DNA of 64,000 bases from an uncultured bacterium (GTDB lineage Bacteria; Chlamydiota; Chlamydiia; Chlamydiales; JAAKFR01): NCBI GenBank assembly GCA_964386785.1, contig CAYLUD010000001.1:26214-90213 (forward strand). Reading direction: 5' to 3'. Numbering within the stretch: the first letter of the stretch is position 1; every line of letters starts with the position of its first letter. Shown here piece after piece: positions 28,301 through 38,868 of the stretch. The position numbers were made by a program, and so were the translations under genes. Under the pieces are notes generated by a model that worked only from the letters and a program-made list of their open reading frames with translations, ran no database searches and had not been told where the DNA came from.

Positions 28301-28633
28301 ATGGAAAATGAGAGACATGGTATCGCTATGAGTAAGGGATCTTCCTTGAAACGCTCACTACCCCAGGCATGCGGAGAATTTGTCATCCTAAACGAAAAAG
28401 GACTCCACACTCGCCCTTCCACTGAATTTGTTCGTTGTGCAACCAAATTTCGCGCCCAAATTATGCTAACCTATCAAGGCTGCCAAGTGAATGGAAAATC
28501 GCTCCTTAATTTGCTCACATTAGCTGCGACTAAGGGAGCTCGCTTAACCATCGATGCAACCGGGGAAGATGCTCAAGAAGCAGTGGAAGCCTTGATTTCA
28601 CTTGCTGAGAACAAGTTTTTTACTGACTATTGA
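28301..28633 (+). CDS. ptsH: Phosphocarrier protein HPr
   Basis: It has the active-site His region KGLHTRPS, the regulatory Ser region NGKSLLNLLTLAA, and ATGEDAQEAVEAL. An N-terminal extension of about 20 aa is present, so the start is uncertain. Confidence 0.8.
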   Translation: MENERHGIAMSKGSSLKRSLPQACGEFVILNEKGLHTRPSTEFVRCATKFRAQIMLTYQGCQVNGKSLLNLLTLAATKGARLTIDATGEDAQEAVEALISLAENKFFTDY

Positions 28634-28655
28634 GAAAACTTGCATAAGGAACGCA

Positions 28656-30428
28656 ATGAAACTACGTACGGAATTGCCTGAAACAGCATTATGGGATTTA
28701 TCATCTTGTTTTTCCTCTTTGGAAGCATGGCAAGAGGAGTATTCTACATTTCATTACGACCATTTACAAGAGTATAAAGGCCTCTTATCGGAAGGCCCTG
28801 CGCGGGCAGCTCAATGCCTAGCTGCTTTTTTCGAGGCAGCTAGAAGATTGGATCGCATCGTTACCTATGCCCACTTGAAACACGATGAGGACACCCGCGA
28901 TGCTACGTGGAAAGGAGCCTACCAACAAGCCTCTTTTCTAGCGCATCAATTTGGTGCTGACACTGCTTGGATCGAAGTCGAACTCGTACATATTCCGGCT
29001 ACGACAGCCACAATGTACCAGAACGACCCTCTATTAGAGCCTTATGCATTTTATTTACAGAAAATATTTCATTTACAATCCCACACATTGACGGAAGCGG
29101 AAGAGCGGTTATTAGCCTTGGCCGCCGCACCTCTCCAAACCGCTGCAAAGACCTTTCAAGCCCTAAATAATGCAGATTTGCAATTCTCCCCTGTCACCGA
29201 TTCGCAAGGAACTTCTCATCCCCTCACGCACGGATCCTATGGGGTGTATCTTCGTTCTCAGGATCGAGTTTTGCGAAAACATGCTTTCTTTCACCTGCAT
29301 CAAGAATTTGATCAACACAAGAACACTCTTGCAGAGCTACTCTATGGACAGGCTCAAGCTCATGCGTTTTCAGCCAAAGCGAAAGGCTATACCTCTTCTT
29401 TAGAACAGGCACTATTTCCGAAAAATATCCCTCTGACTGTGTACCATGGACTGATTGAGGCTGTCCGCTCCTATCTACCATCTCTTCATCGATATGTCCA
29501 TATTCGTAAACAGGTATTAGAACTCTCTACCCTTCATGCTTATGATCTCTATGTCCCGCTTTTTACCCCATCACAAGAGCTTATTCCCTATGAGCAGGCC
29601 GAGGAATGGGTCATTGCATCTGTAGCCCCTTTGGGAGAAGAATATCAATCCATATTAGCACGTGGATTACGTCAAGAGCACTGGGTGGATCGTTATGAAA
29701 CGCCTTATAAGCGCTCTGGTGCGTACTCCAGTGGTTGCTACGACAGTGCTCCCTACATTCTCATGAATTATAAAGGGACATGGAAGGATGTATTTACCCT
29801 TGCACATGAGGCAGGCCATAGCATGCATTCCTGGCTTTCCCATCACACGCAATCCTACCAAAACAGCCATTATCCGATTTTTTTAGCTGAGATAGCCTCT
29901 ACACTGAATGAGGCTTTGCTTACCGACTTCCTATTAAAACAAAAAGTAGGAGACCCAGCCTTCCTACTTCATGAGCATCTAGAAGAGATTCGCACCACCC
30001 TATTTCGACAAACTCTATTTGCTGAATTTGAATTACGTCTTCATCAAGAGGTGGAACAAGGACAGCCGGTTACCTCAGATCGACTTTCTGATTGGTTTAC
30101 CGAACTCAATCAAGCGTATTTCGGGCCCGACTACACTATGGATGCGGAAGGACGCATAGAATGGGCTCGCATTCCTCATTTTTACTACAATTTTTATGTC
30201 TACCAATATGCCACAGGTATTGCCGCAGCCCTTGCTCTTGTAGATCCTATTCTGAAAGGAGATCAGTCAGCACAAGCTGCCTATCTGCATTTCTTACGTG
30301 CTGGCGGCTCTCAGTTTCCTATGGATCTACTTGGTATGGCTGGCCTCGATATGAATCAACCAGTTGCGCTTCATCAAGCCCTGTCTCGCTTCGATCATCT
30401 CGTCTCTCAGCTTGAAAGTTTTTTTTAA
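28656..30428 (+). CDS. pepF: Oligoendopeptidase F (M3B metallopeptidase)
   Basis: It has the zinc motif HEAGHSMH. ATG 28656 is preceded by AAGGA. The pepF-groES-groEL order is as I recall for CT112-CT110. Confidence 0.9.
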   Translation: MKLRTELPETALWDLSSCFSSLEAWQEEYSTFHYDHLQEYKGLLSEGPARAAQCLAAFFEAARRLDRIVTYAHLKHDEDTRDATWKGAYQQASFLAHQFGADTAWIEVELVHIPATTATMYQNDPLLEPYAFYLQKIFHLQSHTLTEAEERLLALAAAPLQTAAKTFQALNNADLQFSPVTDSQGTSHPLTHGSYGVYLRSQDRVLRKHAFFHLHQEFDQHKNTLAELLYGQAQAHAFSAKAKGYTSSLEQALFPKNIPLTVYHGLIEAVRSYLPSLHRYVHIRKQVLELSTLHAYDLYVPLFTPSQELIPYEQAEEWVIASVAPLGEEYQSILARGLRQEHWVDRYETPYKRSGAYSSGCYDSAPYILMNYKGTWKDVFTLAHEAGHSMHSWLSHHTQSYQNSHYPIFLAEIASTLNEALLTDFLLKQKVGDPAFLLHEHLEEIRTTLFRQTLFAEFELRLHQEVEQGQPVTSDRLSDWFTELNQAYFGPDYTMDAEGRIEWARIPHFYYNFYVYQYATGIAAALALVDPILKGDQSAQAAYLHFLRAGGSQFPMDLLGMAGLDMNQPVALHQALSRFDHLVSQLESFF

Positions 30429-30433
30429 AAAAA

Positions 30434-30460
30434 TTAGCAGAATCCAGCTCGATCTGCTAA
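30434..30460 (+). promoter_or_regulatory. CIRCE-like inverted repeat (candidate HrcA operator) upstream of groES
   Basis: TTAGCAGAA-N9-ATCTGCTAA has the 9-N9-9 geometry of CIRCE (TTAGCACTC-N9-GAGTGCTAA). The outer six bases of each arm are identical to consensus. It lies 105 nt upstream of groES. Confidence 0.55.
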
Positions 30461-30564
30461 TTTTTTTGTAGCCAAAAACAATCCACCTCGATATGATCGG
30501 AAACGAATCGAAACAATCTGTACATAGGTGAGAGTTCTCTCCTATGGCTCTTTTCTAGGAGAAC

Positions 30565-30858
30565 ATGATGATGAAAGAAGCAGTGACAACTAAATTACAA
30601 CCGATGGGCAAACGAGTACTCGTAAAACGCCTTGAAGCAGAGCAGAGCGCGAAGGGGGGAATCCTTCTTCCAGATACAGCGAAAAAAAAACAAGAGCAAG
30701 CGAAAGTAGTTGCTCTAGGAACGGAAAAAAAGATCCCTTTTCCTGTAGCTATAGGGGATGTCATCCTGATGGATAAGTATTCAGGACAGGATGTGTCCGT
30801 CGATGGGGAAGAATTTGTTATCCTCCAGTCAGATGATATTATTGCAATCGTAGAATAA
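30565..30858 (+). CDS. groES: Co-chaperonin GroES
   Basis: Motifs: GGILLPDTAKKKQEQAKVVALG and VILMDKYSGQDV. There are three consecutive ATGs after AGGAG, so the exact start is ambiguous. Confidence 0.95.
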   Translation: MMMKEAVTTKLQPMGKRVLVKRLEAEQSAKGGILLPDTAKKKQEQAKVVALGTEKKIPFPVAIGDVILMDKYSGQDVSVDGEEFVILQSDDIIAIVE

Positions 30859-32505
<1,647 letters not shown>

Positions 32506-32526
32506 TCCTATCTCCTACCTAAAAAA

Positions 32527-32561
32527 GGCAACTCCAACGAAAGGAGTTGCCTTTTTTTTTT
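32527..32561 (+). terminator. Rho-independent terminator of groESL
   Basis: A perfect 9-bp stem (GGCAACTCC-AACGAAA-GGAGTTGCC) is followed by ten T residues. Confidence 0.85.
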
Positions 32562-32582
32562 CTACCCTTCATCTTCTCCATT

Positions 32583-33251
32583 GTGAAATGGATTCTTGGC
32601 ATTCTGATTGGCATGGGTCTCTATTATAGCTGGACACATAAGGAGCAGTGGTTAGCGAGTGCTCTCTCCCATCAGCTAGGCTTACCCGTTTCTATAGCCT
32701 CTCTATCCTTTGAAGGAACCTCTTTGATCCTTACAGATTTGTCTATCTCAGTCCCTGAGGAACAACTCATCTTAGAGCTACATCACACGCAAATTAGCCC
32801 TGTCTGGTCTTCTCTCTTTCAACGCACTCTACATCTCCATTCTTGGGAAAGTCATCATGGATTACTACGAACCCTAGTCGTACCGCCACAGGCTCTACCA
32901 ACTCTCAGTTCTCGCCTGCTCTCCCTACGTATTGACCATTGTGCTCTTCATGAAATATTCCGTGATACCGTTGCAAACCAGAAACATAGACAAAGGATTC
33001 CGATACCACCCTATGATGAGTATGATGTAGGATCCTCCGATCCTCTGTCGTTTCGATCTCTTCTTCAAGAATGGTTGGATGCCTTTTCTTCATCTCCGGT
33101 CTATCGGAAAAAACAGTCTATTTGGACTTTTGCCCCACCCACAGATCATATTCAACAGACATTGCGCCACCCTTTATTCACAGTACATACTCCTAAACAT
33201 ACCCAAGAAGGCTCTCTCTCCATGTACTGCTCTCTCGATAGCGGAATATAA
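32583..33251 (+). CDS. Hypothetical membrane-anchored protein
   Basis: It has an N-terminal TM segment (WILGILIGMGLYY). The listed TTG start 32547 lies inside the groEL terminator stem, so GTG 32583 or ATG 32613 is more plausible. I recognise no family. Confidence 0.4.
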   Translation: MKWILGILIGMGLYYSWTHKEQWLASALSHQLGLPVSIASLSFEGTSLILTDLSISVPEEQLILELHHTQISPVWSSLFQRTLHLHSWESHHGLLRTLVVPPQALPTLSSRLLSLRIDHCALHEIFRDTVANQKHRQRIPIPPYDEYDVGSSDPLSFRSLLQEWLDAFSSSPVYRKKQSIWTFAPPTDHIQQTLRHPLFTVHTPKHTQEGSLSMYCSLDSGI

Positions 33252-33305
33252 CCATGAAATACCTCTTGCTTTTTGTAGGAAGACAACCTAGAATTCCTCA
33301 ATCAT

Positions 33306-33377
33306 TCCGGATTAGCTCAGCGGTAGAGCAGTGGACTGTTAATCCATTGGTCGTAGGTTCGAATCCTACATCCGGAG
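33306..33377 (+). tRNA. tRNA-Asn (anticodon GTT)
   Basis: It folds by hand into a cloverleaf: acceptor TCCGGAT/ATCCGGA, D arm GCTC-AGCGGTA-GAGC, anticodon arm GTGGA-CTGTTAA-TCCAT, T arm GTAGG-TTCGAAT-CCTAC, discriminator G. No CCA is encoded. Confidence 0.9.
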
Positions 33378-33697
33378 ACTTACTAGTTGATGTGACAGTG
33401 CGGCAATAGTCAAAAACGGCTCACGCAGTGTCAAATATTCTCTTTCCCCTTTCAATTGAAATTCAAAGTTTCCTATTTACAACCTAGTTTCGAGTCCTCA
33501 ATTTAAACCAGAAATACAACGACTAACATGAGTCCATGAGCAGGAAAAAACCTTAAAGTTGGCCATTGCCGAAAAAGAGCTGTTTCCAGTATGTGTTGCG
33601 AGAAATGGCATATCATGGCACAGAGATAGAGTCACTCTGAGCGCGTGTTATAGGCCTATTCTCCCCTACTATAACCCATACATGGACCCAAGATATC

Positions 33698-34366
33698 ATG
33701 AGCTACTGGTTCAGAAAAGTACATATTGCCCTGCTACTTATTCTTTCCTATCCTTATGCATCCGTATTAGTAGCAGACCCCATCTCATCCCAATCCATTA
33801 TACATACTTTGATGGAGGGAAATACACGTTATGTACACTCTACCGTAGTACACCATGAAGACTGGTGTGCAAAACGGTTAGCTCAAACCCAAGGCCAATC
33901 CCCATTAGCTGTGGTGATTACCTGTTCTGACTCTCGTGTTCCTCCTGAAATTATCTTCGATCAAGCATTAGGTGATCTCTTTGTAATTCGTATGGCAGGT
34001 AATGTGGTGGATGATTTTGCCATGGGTAGTATCGAATACGGAGTAGCAATCCTCGAAATCAATACAATTCTTGTTCTCGGCCATTCCAATTGTGGTGCAG
34101 TAGACAGTGCTCTGAAGGGTTTGCATTTTGACAATCATATTCAAGAAATTATCAATGCTATTCACCCCGCGATCGCATCCATTCCACATGATGCCCCATG
34201 TTCGCTAGAACGGGCGATCCAAGCAAATGTGCGATTTGTGCAGGAGAAATTACAATATTCCCAACCCGTTCTTGCGAAAAAACTGGCTCAAGGACAACTA
34301 CATATTGTAGGAGCCTATTATGATTTATCATCTGGAAAAGTCGAGCTACTAGATCACGAAGCATGA
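33698..34366 (+). CDS. Beta-class carbonic anhydrase with signal peptide
   Basis: The zinc and active-site motifs are CSDSRVPPE and GHSNCGAV. The N-terminal signal-like sequence is MSYWFRKVHIALLLILSYPYASVLVA. Confidence 0.85.
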   Translation: MSYWFRKVHIALLLILSYPYASVLVADPISSQSIIHTLMEGNTRYVHSTVVHHEDWCAKRLAQTQGQSPLAVVITCSDSRVPPEIIFDQALGDLFVIRMAGNVVDDFAMGSIEYGVAILEINTILVLGHSNCGAVDSALKGLHFDNHIQEIINAIHPAIASIPHDAPCSLERAIQANVRFVQEKLQYSQPVLAKKLAQGQLHIVGAYYDLSSGKVELLDHEA

Positions 34367-34436
34367 CTGCATCCCAGACCCAATACATCGCACAAAACAA
34401 CCCCCATGTTACGATGGGTATAATACGGTATACGCA

Positions 34437-35417
34437 ATGAAAGCGATGGTACTGCACGCACTGCATCATCCCTTGGTAATGGAGTCTCTAGAGGACCCCA
34501 TCCTTCAGCCTAATGAAATCAGAGTGCAGGTGGGAGCTTGTGCCGTATGTCGCACTGATCTACATATTGTAGATGGAGAACTGCCCCTAGTACACACCCC
34601 TCTAATTCTGGGACATCAAGTGATTGGCAGGATCGTGGAAAAAGGGGCGAGGGTCACGTTACCTATTGGCTTGCGCGTGGGAATTCCATGGTTAGGTAAG
34701 ACCTGTCAACATTGTCAGTTTTGCAACTCAGGACGAGAAAATTTGTGCGATCAGGCCCAATATACTGGGTATCACCTACAAGGTGGATTTAGTTCTTTAT
34801 GTGTAGCACATGCCGACTATGCTCTTACGATTCCAGATCATTGGGATGACCTACACGCAGCACCATTATTATGTGGGGGGCTGATTGGGTACCGAGCGAT
34901 CCGGCTTGCAGGAGCCGCCCACCATTGGGGGTTCTATGGATTTGGATCTTCGGCCCATCTTCTCACTCAGTGGCTAAAACAAGAAGGAGGCAATGTTTAT
35001 GCCTTTACTCGACCTGGCGATCTAGAAGGTCAGTCGTTTGCAAAGGAGGTCGGGGCTTGTTGGGCGGGGGACAGTCTACAAGCCCCTCCTGTACAGTTGG
35101 ATGCAGCGATTATCTTTGCCCCCGCAGGCGAGCTTCTTCCTCTTGCTTTATCTCATATCAAAAAAGGAGGGACCGTGGTGTGCGCAGGCATTCATATGAG
35201 TCCTTTCCCTTCCTTTCCCTACTCTCTTCTTTGGGGTGAACGTGTGGTCCGCTCCGTAGCCAATCTCACCCGAACAGATGGCATAGAGTTCTTACACTTA
35301 CCGGCTGTTGCGCACATACGACCCCACGTGACACGCTTTCCTTTAGAAGAAGCTAACGAAGCGATTGAGCTTGTACGCCAGGGTTCTGTGGTAGGTACTG
35401 CCGTACTATGCCCCTAA
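34437..35417 (+). CDS. Zinc-dependent alcohol dehydrogenase family protein
   Basis: Catalytic Zn motif: CAVCRTDLHIVDGE...GHQVIGRIV. Structural Zn cysteines: CQHCQFCNSGRENLC. The Rossmann region is FYGFGSSAHL. Confidence 0.85.
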   Translation: MKAMVLHALHHPLVMESLEDPILQPNEIRVQVGACAVCRTDLHIVDGELPLVHTPLILGHQVIGRIVEKGARVTLPIGLRVGIPWLGKTCQHCQFCNSGRENLCDQAQYTGYHLQGGFSSLCVAHADYALTIPDHWDDLHAAPLLCGGLIGYRAIRLAGAAHHWGFYGFGSSAHLLTQWLKQEGGNVYAFTRPGDLEGQSFAKEVGACWAGDSLQAPPVQLDAAIIFAPAGELLPLALSHIKKGGTVVCAGIHMSPFPSFPYSLLWGERVVRSVANLTRTDGIEFLHLPAVAHIRPHVTRFPLEEANEAIELVRQGSVVGTAVLCP

Positions 35418-35464
35418 TTTTTTTATTGTGTTCTTCCTATCGTAACGTATATCCTTCTTAGCCT

Positions 35465-36868
35465 ATGGCCCATTCACAAGACTCATTGAAGCCCATTGTT
35501 GCGCTCGCAAAACGTAGGGGTTTTGTTTACCCAGGCTCTGATATCTACGGGGGCTTTGCCAACACCTACTCCTTTGGTCCTTATGGGGTGCAGCTAAAAA
35601 AAAACATTAAAGACCTCTGGTGGAAATGTTTTGTAGAGCAACGAGAGGATCTAGTTGGACTGGATGGCCCCATTCTCCTTCATCCTAAGGCGTGGGTAGC
35701 CTCAGGGCATGTGGAAGGTTTTCATGATGCACTGATTGATTGTAGAGCCTGCAAAAGTCGATTCCGTTGTGACCATTTGATTGAAGACCATCTCCACGAA
35801 TCTGCGGAAGGACTCTCTCTCGATCAGATGTCCTCCCTCGTACGCGATCGACGCGTAGCATGTCCAAAATGTGGAGCTAGAGATTTTACAGATGCCCGTG
35901 TTTTTAATCTTATGTTTCAAACTACGATGAGCAAGACGCAGGCGCAAGGTGATACCGCCTATCTACGACCTGAAACAGCACAAGCCATCTTCTTGGACTT
36001 TAAACAAGTCACCGATACAACGCGTGTACGCATCCCCTTTGGGATTGCGCAAATAGGCAAAGCCTTTCGAAATGAAATTACCCCAGGCAATTTCATTTTC
36101 CGAGTAATTGAATTTGAACAGATGGAGATTGAGTACTTTGTTCGAGAAGAACAATGGGAAATCTATTTTGGAGATTGGTTAGAATCGATGCACCGATGGT
36201 GTGAATGGATCGGTCTGCCATCAACCCATGTGCATAATAAAGAGCATCCTCAAGAACAGCTGTCTCATTATTCCAAACGAACGGTTGATCTCGTATATGA
36301 CTTTCCGTTTGGACAAAGTGAATTATATGGATTGGCATATCGAACAGATTTTGATTTACGTCGCCATGCGGAATGTTCTGGTGTCCCGTTAGATTATAAA
36401 GATCCCACCTCGGGTGAGAGATTTGTTCCCCACGTGATTGAGCCTACTTTTGGCGTAGAACGCACATTGTTAGCTCTGTTATGTGCTGCCTATGCAGAAG
36501 AGACTCTAGAGAATGGGGAGCAGCGTACCGTACTACGTTTTGCCCCTTGGATTGCACCTGTTAAGATTGCAGTATTTCCTCTCATGCAAAAAGAAAATCT
36601 ATCTGAAATGGCTCAGCGTATTTTCCAAGCATTAAGAAACCACTGGGTTACGGAGTATGATGCGTCAGGTGCTATCGGTAAGCGATATCGTCGACAGGAT
36701 GAACTAGGTACGCCGTTCTGCGTTACAATTGATTTTCAAACGTTAGAAGATCAGACCGTCACCGTGAGGGAGCGAGATTCCATGAAGCAAGAGCGTGTTC
36801 CGATTGCAGGACTTATTCCTTATCTTTATCCTAAATTAACCCCTCCCCCATTTTCGTGTGCTCCCTGA
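35465..36868 (+). CDS. glyQS: Glycine--tRNA ligase, homodimeric alpha2 type
   Basis: The N-terminus [33 protein letters not shown] is typical of alpha2 GlyRS. It also has the class II core [25 protein letters not shown] and a C-terminal anticodon-binding domain. Confidence 0.9.
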   Translation: MAHSQDSLKPIVALAKRRGFVYPGSDIYGGFANTYSFGPYGVQLKKNIKDLWWKCFVEQREDLVGLDGPILLHPKAWVASGHVEGFHDALIDCRACKSRFRCDHLIEDHLHESAEGLSLDQMSSLVRDRRVACPKCGARDFTDARVFNLMFQTTMSKTQAQGDTAYLRPETAQAIFLDFKQVTDTTRVRIPFGIAQIGKAFRNEITPGNFIFRVIEFEQMEIEYFVREEQWEIYFGDWLESMHRWCEWIGLPSTHVHNKEHPQEQLSHYSKRTVDLVYDFPFGQSELYGLAYRTDFDLRRHAECSGVPLDYKDPTSGERFVPHVIEPTFGVERTLLALLCAAYAEETLENGEQRTVLRFAPWIAPVKIAVFPLMQKENLSEMAQRIFQALRNHWVTEYDASGAIGKRYRRQDELGTPFCVTIDFQTLEDQTVTVRERDSMKQERVPIAGLIPYLYPKLTPPPFSCAP

Positions 36869-36906
36869 TCCTTCCCTCTTTACAAGATGGGGACGACAAG
36901 TCTTCC

Positions 36907-37824
36907 ATGCTCAAAAATCGGATTCGTAAGAATTACCGTCACCTACGCAAGTGGGCAAAGCGGATACAAACAGATGCATTCCGCATTTACGATCGCGATA
37001 TCAAAGAATATCCCCTTGCTATTGATTTCTATGCACAACGATTTTGTGTACACTTTTTTACATTTGATCGAGACAAAGAAGAACCTGATTCTGCTCTTCG
37101 TGCAGAAGTAGAAGGCGCTCTATACTCCCTGTTTGGGCCCGTGCCTATTTACTGGCGCACCAGGATGAAACGGGACAAATTAGAACAATATGAAAAACAG
37201 AGCAGTGCAGGCGATTTTTTTATTGTCCATGAGTATGGAACCCCCTTTTGGGTGAACCTAAGCGATTATCTTGATACAGGGCTTTTTCTAGATCATCGTG
37301 AAACTCGACGATTTGTTTCTCAACAAGTGAAAGGAAAAACATTACTGAACTTATTCGCTTATACATGTGCATTTAGCGTGCAGGCTCTTGTTGGAGGTGC
37401 TACCAAGGTATGGAGTGTGGACCTTTCTAATACCTATACCGAATGGGGTAAGCGCAATTTTGCCTTAAATGGCTTTCGCGATACAGAACATCCTATTATA
37501 CGTGAAGATTGTCTACGCTTTCTTGATCAAAGAGAATGGATCCAACCATTTGACTGGATTATTTTAGACCCGCCCACCCTATCAAGATCAAAAAAAATGG
37601 ATGCGTTCTTCGATATCCAACGAGATTATTCCGAATTAATTCATCAGGCATGGCGCTGGCTTGCACCCGGTGGATCGCTCCTATTTAGCACGAATTGTCG
37701 CTCTTTTCGATTAGACCCCACGACCCTCCCTCCCTGTGACATACAAGATATCACAGAGAGAACCCATGCTATGGATTTTCGTAGTCATAAAATACGCCAA
37801 GGATGGCTCTTACATCGCGCCTAG
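36907..37824 (+). CDS. Class I SAM-dependent rRNA methyltransferase (RlmK/RlmI-like)
   Basis: MLKNRIRKNYRHLRKWAKR...FRIYDRDIKEYPLAIDFY resembles the RlmK half of RlmKL. It has the ILDPPTLSRSKK motif. ATG 36907 is preferred over the listed GTG 36856, which overlaps glyQS. Confidence 0.75.
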   Translation: MLKNRIRKNYRHLRKWAKRIQTDAFRIYDRDIKEYPLAIDFYAQRFCVHFFTFDRDKEEPDSALRAEVEGALYSLFGPVPIYWRTRMKRDKLEQYEKQSSAGDFFIVHEYGTPFWVNLSDYLDTGLFLDHRETRRFVSQQVKGKTLLNLFAYTCAFSVQALVGGATKVWSVDLSNTYTEWGKRNFALNGFRDTEHPIIREDCLRFLDQREWIQPFDWIILDPPTLSRSKKMDAFFDIQRDYSELIHQAWRWLAPGGSLLFSTNCRSFRLDPTTLPPCDIQDITERTHAMDFRSHKIRQGWLLHRA

Positions 37825-37833
37825 CTAGATTTT

Positions 37834-38868
37834 TTAATATGAATGATCGTCTAAGACCACCTTGCCTTTAAAGATCCTATAAATCCAAATCATATACACA
37901 GAAACAAAAGGCAAGCCAATTGCGACAATCAATGCCAAAACCTGTAATGTTTTGAGTGATGAGGCTGTGTTAAAAATGGTTAAACTATACTGGGGATCGA
38001 TACTAGAATGAATCCATGAGGGAAAAATCCCAAGAGCAAACAGAACAACAAAGAGCAAAATATTCACACAAGAAGCAAGAAATGCTCGTCCGTACGTATG
38101 CGCTCGGACTAGTAAGGGGATCAGAACTAAGAGGAGCAGCTGCAAGCAAGGAATCAACATCAGAAAAGGATATGTAATCAAGCGTTGCGTCATATGAGGG
38201 GCAACCCACCAAGTGGTCAAGGTCGTGAACACATAAGTCACCAAAAACACGATACTCGAGGGAAGAACCCATCGACGCACTCGAGATAGCAGCTCACCCT
38301 CTGTTTTCAGTAAAAGAAACAACGCTCCATGCAAAACGAATAGAGATATCGTAAGCACACCCACTAAAAGAGGATAGGGACGAAGAAACGTCAACAAGAA
38401 ATCTCCATGGTATGCACCGTCGGCTCCCATAGGAATTCCTACAATCAAATTACCCAGCAACATCCCAATCGAAAATGCGATCAGCACGCTCGAGCCAGTA
38501 AAAAAACGATCCCAGAGGCGTCTCCAGCGTGCTGAGGGACTTTTGCTCCGAAATTCAATCGACACGGCTCGAAAAATCAATGCTGCTACGAGAAATAGAA
38601 TGGGTGTATTAAAAATGGAAAGCAAAATAGCATAGATGGAAGGAAATCCAGCCAGAAGCCCCCCCATGACAATGATGAGCCACACCTCATTCCCATCCCA
38701 GATTGGGCCTATTGAATTGACCAAGATTCTGCGATCTCGTTCATTGCGCAAACAAGAGATTAACATCCCTACACCCAAATCGAACCCATCTAGTACACAA
38801 TAAAAGATGATTGCAGCGAGGATAATGACATACCAAAAAAGAATAAAACCAATCTCGACCCATGTCAT
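37834..38868 (-). CDS. cydB: Cytochrome bd oxidase subunit II
   Basis: It is a polytopic membrane protein with N-terminus VLDGFDLGVGML and the motif GPIWDGNEVWLI. It is coupled to cydA by a 4-nt overlap. Confidence 0.9.
   Translation of the reverse strand: MTWVEIGFILFWYVIILAAIIFYCVLDGFDLGVGMLISCLRNERDRRILVNSIGPIWDGNEVWLIIVMGGLLAGFPSIYAILLSIFNTPILFLVAALIFRAVSIEFRSKSPSARWRRLWDRFFTGSSVLIAFSIGMLLGNLIVGIPMGADGAYHGDFLLTFLRPYPLLVGVLTISLFVLHGALFLLLKTEGELLSRVRRWVLPSSIVFLVTYVFTTLTTWWVAPHMTQRLITYPFLMLIPCLQLLLLVLIPLLVRAHTYGRAFLASCVNILLFVVLFALGIFPSWIHSSIDPQYSLTIFNTASSLKTLQVLALIVAIGLPFVSVYMIWIYRIFKGKVVLDDHSY

Noticed and set aside
32547-32582. Listed TTG start (32547) of the ORF after groEL
   Set aside because: That start codon lies inside the stem of the strong groEL terminator, so a downstream start (GTG 32583 or ATG 32613) is more plausible.
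33559-33858. 99-aa ORF between tRNA-Asn and the carbonic anhydrase gene
   Set aside because: It starts at a non-ATG codon, overlaps the signal-peptide region of the carbonic anhydrase gene in another frame, and matches no family I recognise.
34871-35239. 122-aa alternate-frame ORF inside the alcohol dehydrogenase gene
   Set aside because: It is an Arg/Ser/Pro-rich off-frame translation within a well-supported CDS.
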